Positions 31,103 through 42,362 of a DNA stretch of 64,000 bases are shown here, piece after piece. Numbering within the stretch: the first letter of the stretch is position 1; each line of letters opens with the position of its first letter. This DNA is from Nitrospirales bacterium (GTDB lineage: Bacteria; Nitrospirota; Nitrospiria; Nitrospirales; UBA8639). The DNA lies in NCBI GenBank assembly GCA_963555755.3, contig OY820905.2, forward strand, positions 1,792,001 through 1,856,000, read 5' to 3'. The translations under genes were made by a program, and so were the position numbers. The notes beneath the pieces are model-generated. The model saw only the letters and a program-made list of their open reading frames with translations, did not search any database and had not been told where the DNA came from.

Positions 31103-32329
31103 TTAAAATAGATTCGAGACGATTCTGGTTCCACCCACCCAGGTCCCAATCACGCTGCCAATTGTCGGCAATAAAAAAGCGAGAAAAATTCTGAGCAGTC
31201 GGCTTTGCCACCACCGTCGGGGAATCGCGATGTCTGCTGCCACGGATTGAAACTCGCGAACCATCGGTGGCTGCATATAGGCCTGCACAAATGCCGTGAC
31301 ATAGCCAACGCCAATCACAGGGGTCAAGCTGGTGAAGGGTGCACCGGCAAACGCCACCAAGATAGTCAACGGATGCGCGAACGCGAGTATGGCACCAATG
31401 CCGCTGGGAATCCCATTGGCCAAAATCCAAAACAGGGCATTTTCGCCTGCCGCTGCCACGCCCTTTTGGTAGCCAATCAGCGCAATGGAGCCAACAATAA
31501 TCGCGGGGATACTCCACCCCACCCATTTCCAGATTGGCGATACGGGCGGAATGATATCAAGCGCCTGAAGATCCATTCGCTGGGCTTGGTGCAACACCGT
31601 CGTCATACCCTCAACATGGCCGGCTCCGACCACGGCAATGAGTTTCTTACCATCGGCTTGTAAGATTTTTTCTGCTAAATATTGATCACGCTCATCAATC
31701 AACACTTTTTTCAGGGTCGGAACTTCAGCCCCGAGTTCCTTCATCATCTCCGACAACACGTCCTGCTTCTTCAGGTTTTGTAGGGATTCTTCCGTCACCG
31801 GCTCGGTATCAAACACGCTGAGCATAAGCGAGGACACGAGCATGGTTTTTTTGAGGAACGGTGTCGATCGCCAGGCGCGCCGCATGGTCACACGGATATC
31901 GCGATCACACAGAAAAATCGGGATGTCGTGTTTTTTCGAAACCGTGATGGCTTCGAGCATTTCCATGCCAGGCAAAACACCCAACTGATCCCCAAGGCGT
32001 TTCTGGTAGGACGCTAAGAGCAAATTGACCAGCAACGTACTGAGTTGTTTCTTGCGAATGATCTCTTTGAGATCCAAGGACTCCCATTTATGTTGCTGCG
32101 ACAAGGCTTCAAATCGTCGGGTGTCCAGTTCAACACACACGCCATCCGGCTGTTCCTCTTCGATAACGTCCCGAACTAAATCAGCAGATTCCTGGGAGAT
32201 ATGTATCGTTCCGACCAACACAATTGTCTTGTCGCGAACCGACAGGACATGCACATCAGGGGAGGACCGTACGCTGGAGGAGGTTGGTTTCTGTGCTGGC
32301 GTTGACTCGTGTGCTTCACATGATTCCAT
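31103..32329 (-). CDS. TraB/PrgY (pheromone shutdown) family membrane protein
   Basis: LVGTIHISQES, VCVELD, LIDERDQY, AVVGAGH, C-terminal TM helices; start uncertain. Confidence 0.9.
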   Translation of the reverse strand: MESCEAHESTPAQKPTSSSVRSSPDVHVLSVRDKTIVLVGTIHISQESADLVRDVIEEEQPDGVCVELDTRRFEALSQQHKWESLDLKEIIRKKQLSTLLVNLLLASYQKRLGDQLGVLPGMEMLEAITVSKKHDIPIFLCDRDIRVTMRRAWRSTPFLKKTMLVSSLMLSVFDTEPVTEESLQNLKKQDVLSEMMKELGAEVPTLKKVLIDERDQYLAEKILQADGKKLIAVVGAGHVEGMTTVLHQAQRMDLQALDIIPPVSPIWKWVGWSIPAIIVGSIALIGYQKGVAAAGENALFWILANGIPSGIGAILAFAHPLTILVAFAGAPFTSLTPVIGVGYVTAFVQAYMQPPMVREFQSVAADIAIPRRWWQSRLLRIFLAFLLPTIGSVIGTWVGGTRIVSNLF

Positions 32330-32413
32330 CAATACACCATGAACAGATGATCCTGATCTTGTCAAGAAAGGGTAAGACGTCTGAATCCCCATCGTGCTAT
32401 ACTGAAGGCATTG

Positions 32414-32845
32414 AACCTAGAAATGGAAGTTGGGCACAAAAAAGACGTGTAAGATATTGGTGTGCATGGTGAAATATAAAAAATCGTGGTCACCTCTGGG
32501 GTGATGAGACATTTTTATATTTTACCAGGTGCGCTCAGGGTCCGTCACGAAATAACCGGTACAATTGGGAGGCCCAGATTTGTGATCGGGGCAAGGCGCG
32601 ACGAGGGAGCAGAGCGGGGCTCTGTGACCGAGGAGCAACGCCGCCCCGGGCCAAAGATGGGCCTCCCCGAGGGCCGGACGCTTTTGGGCTCCGCCCGCGT
32701 CGCTCATCGCTTCCATACTCCCGGTATGCGCGCTCTTCGCTCCTTGGCTCGCTCCAAAATCGTCTCGGCCAATTGTCCCGGTTATTTCGTGACGGACCCT
32801 AAGAGCTTGCGCGGACTTTTGTGATCCAACTGCCGTTTCTAGGTT
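32414..32845. repeat. MITE family D with nested MITE family C (32538-32799)
   Basis: Family D halves match 19678-19844; insert has TIR GGGTCCGTCACGAAATAACCGG.ACAATTGG. Confidence 0.88.
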
Positions 32846-32888
32846 GAACATTGAAACCACAAAATTTACTCATGATCGATATACACCA

Positions 32889-33080
32889 ATGAGCAATACT
32901 CGCATCGCCAAACGCATGTGGTTATGGATTAATCGGGATGGCAGTCGATGGAAACTGGCAAAAACGGAGGAGGGGTTTTGGTTTTGCCCAGTGGGTTCTG
33001 GAGGCAAACGCCGAGGGTCTTGGGAAGCCGGATTCCCTCCGGGGTTAGACGATATTCCTCCTTGGCATAAGCAGTCATAG
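32889..33080 (+). CDS. Small hypothetical protein
   Basis: Trp-rich ORF co-oriented with the next ORF. Confidence 0.5.
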   Translation: MSNTRIAKRMWLWINRDGSRWKLAKTEEGFWFCPVGSGGKRRGSWEAGFPPGLDDIPPWHKQS

Positions 33081-33096
33081 GAGTTATGGTTGGGTT

Positions 33097-33414
33097 ATGA
33101 CTCGGAACCTTCGGATCTCAAGTTATCGACTGGCTTTTTGGCATGCGCCTAAACGGGCACGTCACGAGGAAGAGGATGACTTGGATTGCATATTTTGCCA
33201 ATTCACTGAAGGAGTCGCCCGAATGCGTGATGTCGCGGGCTACCTTCACCACAGAGGTTTTACGATTACCGAATGTGATAACCGCTCTTTGACTATTGCC
33301 CTGGATAACTCGTCCGAGACCTCAGACATAATCCTTTCACACGACAAGTCGGCGTTGCTTCGAATCATTTCCGGGCAACGAGCATTCGCCTTCCCCTCTC
33401 CACGTTTTGAATAA
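33097..33414 (+). CDS. Hypothetical protein
   Basis: 105-aa ORF with AGGAG upstream. Confidence 0.55.
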   Translation: MTRNLRISSYRLAFWHAPKRARHEEEDDLDCIFCQFTEGVARMRDVAGYLHHRGFTITECDNRSLTIALDNSSETSDIILSHDKSALLRIISGQRAFAFPSPRFE

Positions 33415-33418
33415 AGAC

Positions 33419-34183
33419 TCACTTCGGCATTTGAGAAGCATTCGTTTCTCGATCTTCAGGAGTCAACATCCGAACCTTGCCAAACTCCCCGTCATATCCT
33501 GGCGCAATCGTGACGTTGCCTTCTCGCATGGGTTGAATAGCAATCGCTAATAACGTTCCGCTGTGTTCTTCGATATCGACTATCGGCACATCCATGAGAA
33601 TAGAGAATTCATTGCCTAAGGGTTCGCGCAAGAATAACTTCCCCTGTGTGGGTGCTGAGACACCTGTCTGGCAAGGCGCGAGGACTGCGCATACTCCTGT
33701 ATGGAAAGGACGAGCAACGCCGCCAGACGGGATGGATCAACGTCCAAACAGGGGAAGTTATTCTTGCGCGAACCCTAAGTCCGCGAGTACACGATGATAG
33801 ACCCCCGTCACGCCTTTGGTGGTGACACCTGCACCTCTGATTTCAGAAAGGATTTCCACCAAGGGAACGAGGCTCCAGAAGGGTAACGCATTGGGGAAAC
33901 GATGGCCCGTCGGTTGATCCGCAAGTAACTCCGCTCGGCACGACTCAGGGATCTCACGATCTACAGGTGCGGCCAGTTCTGGCTTAAGGCGATAAAGGCC
34001 CTACTCTGCCGGTACAAGTTTTCTTGCAGCTCGGCAAACCAGGCAGGATGCGTGACGTCACCGGTCCCGACGACGGTAATCCCTTTGAGCTGCGCCCAGC
34101 GATAGAGACTTTCCGGAATCATGTGTTTGCTCCCCGCACGAGAGTAGCGGGAATGAAGTATGAAGATCGGCGATGAATGACAT
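33419..34183 (-). pseudogene. Endonuclease Q / PHP-family pseudogene
   Basis: MSFIADLH/HSRYSRA..WAQLKGITVVGTGD.THPAW and PGYDGEFGKV; frameshifts, internal deletion and MITE A insertion. Confidence 0.82.
33620..33775 (-). repeat. MITE-like family A with TAA TSD
   Basis: TAA on both sides; interrupts the ...DLG/NEF coding frame. Confidence 0.9.
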
Positions 34184-34275
34184 GATTGTTCCCTCAAAAA
34201 CGGAGCAAGCATAGCGGAGCCATCGATTGGGGCCAGAGATGGAAAAGAACTTACCGGTATGGGGCTGTATCTATA

Positions 34276-34416
34276 GGGCACCTCTAAAAACCGTCCTTTT
34301 CCGTGATGGCGGCGTCAGCCGCGTGCTCACATCCTCATGTATTCGCCCATACACTCCGGTTTTCCGCGCGCGGCTTCCTTGCCCTCACAAAAAATGCCTG
34401 GTTTGTAGAGTTGCCC
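34276..34416 (+). repeat. MITE-like family B (141 bp), TSD TATA
   Basis: TIR GGGCACCTCTA(A/C)AAACC; copies at 39120 and 60508. Confidence 0.9.
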
Positions 34417-34952
34417 TATAGTGAGAATAAGTGCCCTCGCTTTCGGTTTCTGCTAAAGCTCCCCTCTCATAAAACAGAAACGAAAGATCTCTACTCTGCC
34501 AAAACCAAAATAGATTGATGCTGAAATCTTGAAAGGCTCTTCTCCAAATCGTGTGGGTAACTTCTGGGGTTTTTCACTCCCCTCCTTTGTAAGGGGGTAG
34601 GGGAGGGATGATCAGGGTGAGGCCTCAAGAAAGCCTGGCCACTTTTCCCACGGTCAAAAAACCCACCAACCTCTTTTCCAGCGAGCCTTTCAGGACATGA
34701 CTCGCCCCAATTTACCCACTCACTTGGGAGAAGACCCTCTTGAAATTTTCAAATTAGGAGTAATGACCATCAAGACTTTTAAACAATACACCGAAATAAC
34801 TAAGAAATGACTGTATCCTGAAAATTTTTCAAGCCTGTTGATTCTAGACTCATTGACACATCATCTACCTCCTGTCTGGAACAGATATTGCATTAAACAT
34901 TAGAGAATCTATTTTATTGTATCTTTCCTATAGTATTTGAGGGGAGAAACAT

Positions 34953-36341
34953 TTGGTCGACCACACCAATGGGGCTGGGTTTACTAAGAAATCTCGACCA
35001 GCGATGATCGCGCTCATACTGGCCAGTGTTGTGTTTTGGACACATTTGTGTGCAGATATTGCCACAGCCTTGACTCCTCAAATCACGACGCCTTCCTCAA
35101 CTGGCTCCCTTTTTGAAACGTCCACAATATTAGATGCCCGAGACTTGCTCCCCCCGGAACTGTTACAAGGCGACCATTATACCGTGCTCGACCAAGTTGA
35201 ACCATTCCGATTTATTAACCATTTCACGATATCATCGCCATTTGGACAATTCGATGCCTACGGGCAAGACATGCTCCGGATTCGCATTCGAGAGATTCAA
35301 GCCTTAGTGAAATTACAAGAGGAAGGCGCACTGGATCAGATTTCGGCATTTTGGCATGGCGTGGTCCACGCCGTGGTAAGCCCTCTGAAGTTTTTGGTCA
35401 GTCTGTTGACCGATCCAGTGGAAACGATTATTCAAATTCCCAAAGGGCTATGGCGTGTCACCACTCGCCTCAAGGAAATGGCCACCGGCGATCGAGGGAA
35501 TTTGGAAGATCCCGTAAGCAAGGAATTGATCGGTTTTTCGATGGTGAAACGAAAAATCGCCGACAAATTGGGAGTGGATACCTACTCCTCTAATCCTGTG
35601 CTACAGGATACTCTCAATCGACTCAGTTGGGCCGGGTATGCCGGTGATACAGGCGTCCGCCTGCTCACCATTCCCGTGGCAGGTCCCGCAGGGGCCGTGT
35701 TAACGGGCACGACCTTGAGCATGACCGTCAGTGACATCCTACGGGACTATGCCCCGGAAGATCTTCGACGCTTGAACCGTGACAAACTGGAAGACATGGA
35801 TATTGATGAATGGATCATCGAGGACTTTCTCAGCCATCCGTGGTACTCCCCTCGACACGAAACCGTCATCGTCCAAGCTCTCTCCGAAATGCAGTCTGTC
35901 GCCAACCGTGGCCGGTTTCTTGAAGTCGCGATATCGGCTCAATTCGAAGAGGACGCGTTGTTTTTTCAACGACTCTCGGAGATGTTGGTCGCCTATCACC
36001 ATAATGTCCGGCCCCTGAGTGACATCGTGACCATCGACAACCAACTTGTCGTGGGGTACGCCAATAATCATACGCTGATTGCCATGATTCCGATGGCTCG
36101 ATTAGCCTGGCACCGGGAGGTGGCGGAGGCGGCACAGCGTATTCGGCATTGGAACAGTCCAGACCATTCAACTCAGAACGTGGAAGTATGGATTTCAGGA
36201 GAGCCCACCCCCACCGCGGCCAGAAATCTCAAGGCCTTGGGGCTCACCGTCAAAAAATTTGTGGGGAATCATTTGCGATGGGCTTCGGCAGGAGAGCCCC
36301 TCAACTATGCAGCAAGCGCTCTTCCCTTTGGCCAAGAATAG
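34953..36341 (+). CDS. Hypothetical exported protein (start possibly 35004)
   Basis: 462-aa ORF with a hydrophobic N-terminus. Confidence 0.8.
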   Translation: MVDHTNGAGFTKKSRPAMIALILASVVFWTHLCADIATALTPQITTPSSTGSLFETSTILDARDLLPPELLQGDHYTVLDQVEPFRFINHFTISSPFGQFDAYGQDMLRIRIREIQALVKLQEEGALDQISAFWHGVVHAVVSPLKFLVSLLTDPVETIIQIPKGLWRVTTRLKEMATGDRGNLEDPVSKELIGFSMVKRKIADKLGVDTYSSNPVLQDTLNRLSWAGYAGDTGVRLLTIPVAGPAGAVLTGTTLSMTVSDILRDYAPEDLRRLNRDKLEDMDIDEWIIEDFLSHPWYSPRHETVIVQALSEMQSVANRGRFLEVAISAQFEEDALFFQRLSEMLVAYHHNVRPLSDIVTIDNQLVVGYANNHTLIAMIPMARLAWHREVAEAAQRIRHWNSPDHSTQNVEVWISGEPTPTAARNLKALGLTVKKFVGNHLRWASAGEPLNYAASALPFGQE

Positions 36342-36469
36342 GCCTCTCCTGCATCATCAGTGATCCTTTGCCGTTTACCCGGTGACAACACCCGCACTCT
36401 TTTTTGAACCCACACATAAACACGATTCTCCAAATTCACCCAATATAGTTGGCAGAGGCTTTCGCATTC

Positions 36470-37072
36470 TTATAACACTTCCTCCTGACCTTTCGGGTTC
36501 CATTTCCGGGCTAACTGTTTGGCTTTTTCGATCTGAGCCGGCGTCATCACCTCTTCCAACATCGGCAAAGCCATGAGGGCAGGATCCATGCCCTGGTTAG
36601 CTGCCAGGAAGGCCCATTTATATGATTGCACGTAATCTTGAGCCACACCCTCCCCTTTGAAATACAACAATCCTAAATGGTTTTGCCCAGCCGCATTGTC
36701 TTGCTCGGCTGCTCGAAGAAACCAATAAAAGGCCTGGCGATAATCCTTCGGAACGCCCAATCCATGCAGATAGACCATGCCTAGGTTATTTTGGGCTCTG
36801 GAATGTCCTTGATCCGCCGACCGCTTGTACCACTCCCGAGCTTTGGCAAAATCTTGGTCAACCCCTTGTCCCCATCGATACATATAACCCAGCATGTTTT
36901 GCGCTTCGGCATGACCTTGAGCCGCCAAAGGTGACCATTCTCCAAACGCCGCTTCAAAATCCTCGGCAATATACGCTCTCTCTCCTTCATCAAAATCAGC
37001 CCATGTGGGGAGTGCCGCAAGAAGAATGATCCCGATGATCATACCAATAGTAGAAAGAGTTTTGTTATTCAT
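36470..37072 (-). CDS. Sel1-like repeat protein
   Basis: AQNMLGYMY..G.GV, AQNNLG.VY..G.GV repeats; signal peptide. Confidence 0.92.
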   Translation of the reverse strand: MNNKTLSTIGMIIGIILLAALPTWADFDEGERAYIAEDFEAAFGEWSPLAAQGHAEAQNMLGYMYRWGQGVDQDFAKAREWYKRSADQGHSRAQNNLGMVYLHGLGVPKDYRQAFYWFLRAAEQDNAAGQNHLGLLYFKGEGVAQDYVQSYKWAFLAANQGMDPALMALPMLEEVMTPAQIEKAKQLARKWNPKGQEEVL

Positions 37073-37130
37073 TTGCCCCCCTGGGTTATGATCTGAACCC
37101 ATGCGTAGGATTACTCACACTATTCAGTTA

Positions 37131-37309
37131 GAACCTGAGAGAAAATACCTTGGACAATATCGCGCCAAGATTTGGGTCGGATTTGGACGGAACGATTGAG
37201 AAACACCCGAGGCATAGCACAGCTATGTGGAGGGTGTTTCGATTGAGGCCCGTTCAAAGATGACCCGAAGATTGGATGCGAGATGTCCAAGGTATTTTCT
37301 CTCAGGTTC
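37131..37309 (+). repeat. MITE-like family E, TSD TTA
   Basis: 26-bp perfect TIR; core shared with 61205-61382. Confidence 0.9.
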
Positions 37310-38348
37310 TTAACGACTCCAAATCAATGACGAACCGAAACCGGACATCACCCTTCACGACCCGATCATAGGCCTCGTTCACTTGCTGGATCGGAATCAC
37401 CTCGACATCAGACGGAATTTGATGCTCGGCACAAAAATCGAGCATGTCCTGAGTCTCTTGAATCCCGCCTATCAGCGACCCCACTAAGCGCCTCCGCTTA
37501 AGGACGAGATGAAAAGCCGCAACCGACAACGGATCACTGGGTGCCCCAACTACAATCATTGTCCCATCTCGAGTCAGCAAATCCAAATAGGCGTTGTAGT
37601 CGTGATACTCTGAAACGGTATCGATCAGAAAATCAAACTTGCCTGAAAGCCCAGCCATTGCCCTGTCTTTCTCGGTGGCCACAAAGTCAACAGCCCCCAG
37701 TCGTTCCGCATCGGGCCGTTTGGATTCAGACCGACTAAAAACAGTCACATCAGCACCGAACGCACGTCCAATTTTCACAGCCATGTGACCAAGCCCACCC
37801 AGCCCAACGACACCCAACCGGTGCCCTTTCCCCACACCCCAATGTTTCAGCGGCGAATAGGTCGTGATGCCCGCACACAACAACGGAGCAGCTCCCTCCA
37901 AAGCCAGGGAAGAAGGTATTCGCAGTACATACTTTTCATCCACAACAATCTGTTTCGAATAGCCGCCATACGTTGGCGCACCCTGCTTATCGAGGCCGTT
38001 ATAGGTGATGATCATGCCGTCTTCGCAATACTGCTCAAGGCCTTCCTGACAGGAGGCACAGGTCCGACAAGAATCCACGAAACACCCAACACCAACCGTA
38101 TTGCCCTCTTTAAACGTTTTGACTTCGGGGCCGACCTGAACGGCGGTCCCCACAATTTCATGCCCTGGGACCATCGGGAAAATCGACCCCCCCCACTCAT
38201 CACGAACTTGATGGATGTCGGAATGACAAATTCCGCAATACCGAATGTGGATCAGAACATCATGAGGGCCAACGGATCGACGATCACAATTAAACGGTTC
38301 CAGCACTGCTCCAGCTTGTAACGCAGCGTAGCCTTTGGTCTGTGGCAT
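37302..38348 (-). CDS. Zn-dependent NAD(P)H alcohol dehydrogenase (CAD family)
   Basis: CGICHSD, GHEIVG, APLLCAGITTYSPL, GLGGLGHM, RFRFVID. Confidence 0.95.
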   Translation of the reverse strand: MPQTKGYAALQAGAVLEPFNCDRRSVGPHDVLIHIRYCGICHSDIHQVRDEWGGSIFPMVPGHEIVGTAVQVGPEVKTFKEGNTVGVGCFVDSCRTCASCQEGLEQYCEDGMIITYNGLDKQGAPTYGGYSKQIVVDEKYVLRIPSSLALEGAAPLLCAGITTYSPLKHWGVGKGHRLGVVGLGGLGHMAVKIGRAFGADVTVFSRSESKRPDAERLGAVDFVATEKDRAMAGLSGKFDFLIDTVSEYHDYNAYLDLLTRDGTMIVVGAPSDPLSVAAFHLVLKRRRLVGSLIGGIQETQDMLDFCAEHQIPSDVEVIPIQQVNEAYDRVVKGDVRFRFVIDLESLRT

Positions 38349-38556
38349 TGAATCTCCTTACACGTGTTTCAAACGGGGTGAATATCGTATGGGTTCCCTT
38401 CCACATGACATGATTCATCATGACATATCCAAAGGAGCCTCGTCGATCTAAACACGGTTGTTTATTCTCAAGACGCCAGGGTAAAGGGAATGCTTAAATG
38501 GGAAGAGAGGTATGAGAAACGATTTCTCTAGCTCACTCGTTCAGTGGGGAAAAAAC

Positions 38557-38970
38557 TTATTCCGCAACAACTTTTGCTGGTAACACGTGAGCACTCGGTG
38601 GCACCGGGCGTGTCCAAATGAAAGTGAGGACACTGATCCCAATGAGTAAGATCACGACTTTCACCATCAGCCCCACGTTCACAACCGTAAACGTCACCGC
38701 AAACGTGCCAACGATAAGCACGGTCGCTTTGGTCTTGGCCGTTTTGCAAATACTGCCATTTTGTTGCCAATCTTGAATAAGAGGACCCATTTGGGGGTGA
38801 GTGGTCAGCCACTGATATAGCCGTTCCGAACTGCGACTAAAACAATAGGCCGCCAATAGAATGAAGGGAGTCGTTGGTAACAGGGGAAGAATAATGCCCA
38901 CACACCCCAGGATGAGACTGACCCACCCTCCAATAAAGAACAAGACTCTGAGTGGCTGCAACTGTTTCAT
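38557..38970 (-). CDS. YbaN/DUF454 membrane protein
   Basis: LPLLPTTPFILLAAYCFSRSS. Confidence 0.92.
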   Translation of the reverse strand: MKQLQPLRVLFFIGGWVSLILGCVGIILPLLPTTPFILLAAYCFSRSSERLYQWLTTHPQMGPLIQDWQQNGSICKTAKTKATVLIVGTFAVTFTVVNVGLMVKVVILLIGISVLTFIWTRPVPPSAHVLPAKVVAE

Positions 38971-39119
38971 GGCAATACCCCTGGAATGACCTTCTCCTCT
39001 TTCTTATCGGTCACTGGTGGCGTCTGAATAAGAACGGAAAGACAGAAACTTCAACACCTTTCAAAAAACCTGGACGAACGGTACAGTAAAACAAGCATGA
39101 CACCCGACAGAACACACAT

Positions 39120-39260
39120 GGGCACCTCTAAAAACCGTCCTTTTCCGTGATGGCGGCGTCAGCCGCGTGCTCAAATCCTCATGTATTCGCCCATACACTC
39201 CGGTTTTCCGCGCGCGGCTTCCTTGCCCTCACAAAAAATGCCTGGTTTTTAGAGGTGCCC
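39120..39260 (+). repeat. MITE-like family B, TSD ACAT
   Basis: Nearly identical to 34276-34416. Confidence 0.9.
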
Positions 39261-39759
39261 ACATGTCTTCTCCTGACGATTGGAATAGCTTTTGTGAGTC
39301 GAGAGGTGACTATCTCACAGCTCTCGCTATTACCGTGGCCCAAGGGGTGACCCGCCAAGACACGAGCTACCCGGCATTTTGCGGATGTATCGATTGGCAT
39401 TCCTGTGTTCACGGCCTCTATGCGTTGCTCACCGTTTCACGACTCACAGACGATCCGCAATGGGCCGAGATTGTGGAATCGCGATTCGAGCCAGGCAAGC
39501 TCGAGCAGGAACTTGTGGCCATCCAACGAGAGGAAATCAATCAAGAAATGCCGTATGGGTTTGCGTGGTTTCTGAAACTGGCACAAGAACGGGAGCGGTC
39601 GTCAGACCACCAGGATTTACGGCCTTTGGCTACGGAACTCGCCCGACGATTGGAACAGTGGATTTTTTCTTTTTCCTCGGAAGAGATTATTTACCACGTT
39701 CAACATCGCGCCTATGGCAATCTCTCCTGGGCCCTACTCAATTTGTGGGAATGGGTTCA

Positions 39760-40771
39760 TATGCCTTCCCATTTAACTAAGGTTGCTTCAGTTTATTGAA
39801 TCCCAAGGGTTTTGAGCTGCTGGTCAGGATTTTCAACAAACTCTGGAAGGTACTCATTGGAGTCTCACGGCGGTTATAGCGAAAGACAAACTCATCAAGA
39901 TAGTGTTGCAGGTATTTTGAATCCACTCCATGGTGAATCCCGTTCAGCCAGGTCTGCAGATTGCCGAACGCTCTATGGATGTATGGAGCGTGCTTCCCAG
40001 CACTTGCTGGGTCACCCTGGGTCCGTCTCAGGTGTTCGTATCCTGCCAAGGCTTTTGCCGAGTATCCCTTCCAACCATCGGACTTGATCTTACTGCCCTC
40101 AGCGACATGGCTATTGAGGAATGCTTTGATCTCGTTCTCTCCAGCGTCTTGAAGAATCGCTAATCGTAAACGCCCTGCTTTCTCTCGAAAGTGATCCCCT
40201 TGTGTGTACGTGACAATTTCTACGGCTCCGGCTATTAACGTCTTGGTTTTCGCTTTCGCGACGCCACGGCCCGTTTTGCCTTTTACCGGTCCACCGATAT
40301 GGGTTTCATCGGCTTCAACTGTTCCTGCGAGCCGTTCACGGTTCTGTCGTACCATTCCTCGTCGCAATCTGTGGAGCAAATACCAGGCGCTATCCACCTT
40401 CTTGATACTGAGTTGACGCTGCAATTGCACAGCACTGATGCCAGGTGTGTGCGTGGAGACGAAATAGGCAGCCCAAAACCAAAGCCGTAGCGGCAAGTGC
40501 GATCTATGCATCACTGTGCCGCTTAGCGGTGATGTCTGTCTATGACACGACGAACACTCAAACCGGAAATATTTTTTGAGCCACCAACCACCGCGATGAC
40601 CGCAAGCTGGACACATAAACCCGTCTGGCCACCGAATCGCCCGCAAGTACTCGAAGCACGCTTCTTCGGTGTGGAACCTAACAGAAAAATCCAAGATATC
40701 AGCAGCATACCCTGTGTCCATAGTCCAGCAGACTAGTCTAGGGACTAACCTTAGTCAAATGGGAAGGCATA
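39760..40771 (-). mobile_element. IS1595 family element, copy 3
   Basis: IRs and TSD TGGGTTCA. Confidence 0.95.
39777..40721 (-). CDS. IS1595 family transposase
   Basis: One substitution (APHIH to APYIH) versus copies 1 and 2. Confidence 0.95.
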   Translation of the reverse strand: MDTGYAADILDFSVRFHTEEACFEYLRAIRWPDGFMCPACGHRGGWWLKKYFRFECSSCHRQTSPLSGTVMHRSHLPLRLWFWAAYFVSTHTPGISAVQLQRQLSIKKVDSAWYLLHRLRRGMVRQNRERLAGTVEADETHIGGPVKGKTGRGVAKAKTKTLIAGAVEIVTYTQGDHFREKAGRLRLAILQDAGENEIKAFLNSHVAEGSKIKSDGWKGYSAKALAGYEHLRRTQGDPASAGKHAPYIHRAFGNLQTWLNGIHHGVDSKYLQHYLDEFVFRYNRRETPMSTFQSLLKILTSSSKPLGFNKLKQP

Positions 40772-41120
40772 TGGGTTCAATTTCGGAAGGATACCGAACG
40801 AGCCGAGGCGTTGGTGAGATGGACCAAAGATCATGTACTTCCCCTCGATCAGGCTGTGCCTCTTTCTTTCGATAACGAGACGAATGAATTCTTCTCCGCC
40901 TCGCTTCAACGTACACGAGCTTTGCTAGCAATTTTATCCAAGGAAGAAAGCCAGGAATGGCTGGAGGATTTTTTTCGTGAGGGGGTTTTCCTCCAACCCG
41001 TGGAGCACCCCTCATCTCCACATTCGGCAGGGTTGAACTTCAGTCGCAGTTGGGCCTTTTGGGATCTGTACACCCATACGGGCGAAACAGCCTTTCGTGA
41101 CCAGTACATCCATCACATTG

Positions 41121-42005
41121 TCACGCATATCGACTTACCACAGTACTGGCGTGATGACTATAAACAGTACAGCCATTGGGTCGCGCAGTTTGGCATTTAT
41201 GCCATTGCTCTGAGCATGAGTGAACCCTCGATTGGATCCCCTCCTTTGTATTGAGCGCATTTCCACAGAAGGATGCGGATAGGGGAGGAAAAGTCGTAAA
41301 CTTGGCGATTACGGTGCGCGACCTTTTCAATTTTACCCTACAGGTCTCTGCCCCTTCGCACGCACCCCCCCAATGCTTGAAGGTTTGATTATTGCCAGGG
41401 ATCGCGATGAGCATGACAACGGAATTTTTTGGAAACTTGCCAACACACACACCGTTTGAACATTCAAGACCTTTAGGAGAACTGGTGACACTCCCCTCAC
41501 CTTTTACAATCACCCGTAACGGAAGAAGCCGGGGCATTGGAAATGTTGCCATAACTTTGCGAGGTCCATTGAGTCTGCCCTGACACCCCTTAGAGCCACG
41601 ACAGGCCCCCAGCCAACGATGAAAAAGAGGCCCTTCACCGAGCTCGGCCTGAAGTCTTACCACAGTGCCACGAGGAAATTCAGCGGAACACCTCCCAGCA
41701 GAACAGGACAGGCAATCGGGGAAACTTGTTACGGTGCCTCCCCCCCGAACCATGATGTTCAGAGGTACCGGCCGATGTCTTTTCTGAAACTGATGATCGT
41801 TTGATTTGGTCATGGCCTCGGGAGCCACGAGTAACGTGAGCAGGAAGGCAAGCTGAAGGGCTATGCCAATCTTGGAAAACGCCGTGACACCCTGCCATCC
41901 TGGGCGTGACCCTTGTCGTAGAAATCTAGCCCTTACTCGATTGCCTGAGGAGGACACACCATCCTCAGTGTTATTCGCTGTTACCGTATGGTGTTGCACC
42001 GACAT
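41121..42005 (-). CDS. Protein with two divergent InlB B-like repeats; 3' end probably degenerate
   Basis: Two G.G.VTS.P..L.C...C...FP....V.L.A....F..W.GAC.G..C repeats; tail overlaps the DUF2891-like gene. Confidence 0.65.
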   Translation of the reverse strand: MSVQHHTVTANNTEDGVSSSGNRVRARFLRQGSRPGWQGVTAFSKIGIALQLAFLLTLLVAPEAMTKSNDHQFQKRHRPVPLNIMVRGGGTVTSFPDCLSCSAGRCSAEFPRGTVVRLQAELGEGPLFHRWLGACRGSKGCQGRLNGPRKVMATFPMPRLLPLRVIVKGEGSVTSSPKGLECSNGVCVGKFPKNSVVMLIAIPGNNQTFKHWGGACEGAETCRVKLKRSRTVIAKFTTFPPLSASFCGNALNTKEGIQSRVHSCSEQWHKCQTARPNGCTVYSHHASTVVSRYA

Positions 42006-42362
42006 GGTCTTCCTCCCTATGAAACCAACAAAACCCCTTCTTCTCGCACCACTCCATTGGGACCATGAGAATCATTCTCTTCTTTGGTCAGTGCCAATTG
42101 TTCAGGGGGTCTTCCCAAGGAATACCCGGCAAGGGTTACTGATGTTGAACTATGGATTCCTCATGACTCGCACCAACGCATATCGTGGTTAATTTTACTC
42201 CTCACCCACGATCCATTATCGGCAGGCGAAGAAACTTTTTGCTTGAGTGCAGTTGAAAGGCAGTGTGAAATCTGCCGAGGAGAAAAAGAAGGAGGAAGAA
42301 GAGTCCGAGTCCAGACGGGATGGATCGACGCCCAAACAGGGGAAGTTATTTTTGCGCGAGCC

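Larger units (their letters stand above)
39263..41254 (+). pseudogene. DUF2891-like gene interrupted by IS1595
   Basis: PAFCGCIDWHSCVHG, PYGFAWFL, HSAGLNFSRSW, YSHWVAQF; halves rejoin across the TSD. Confidence 0.8.
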
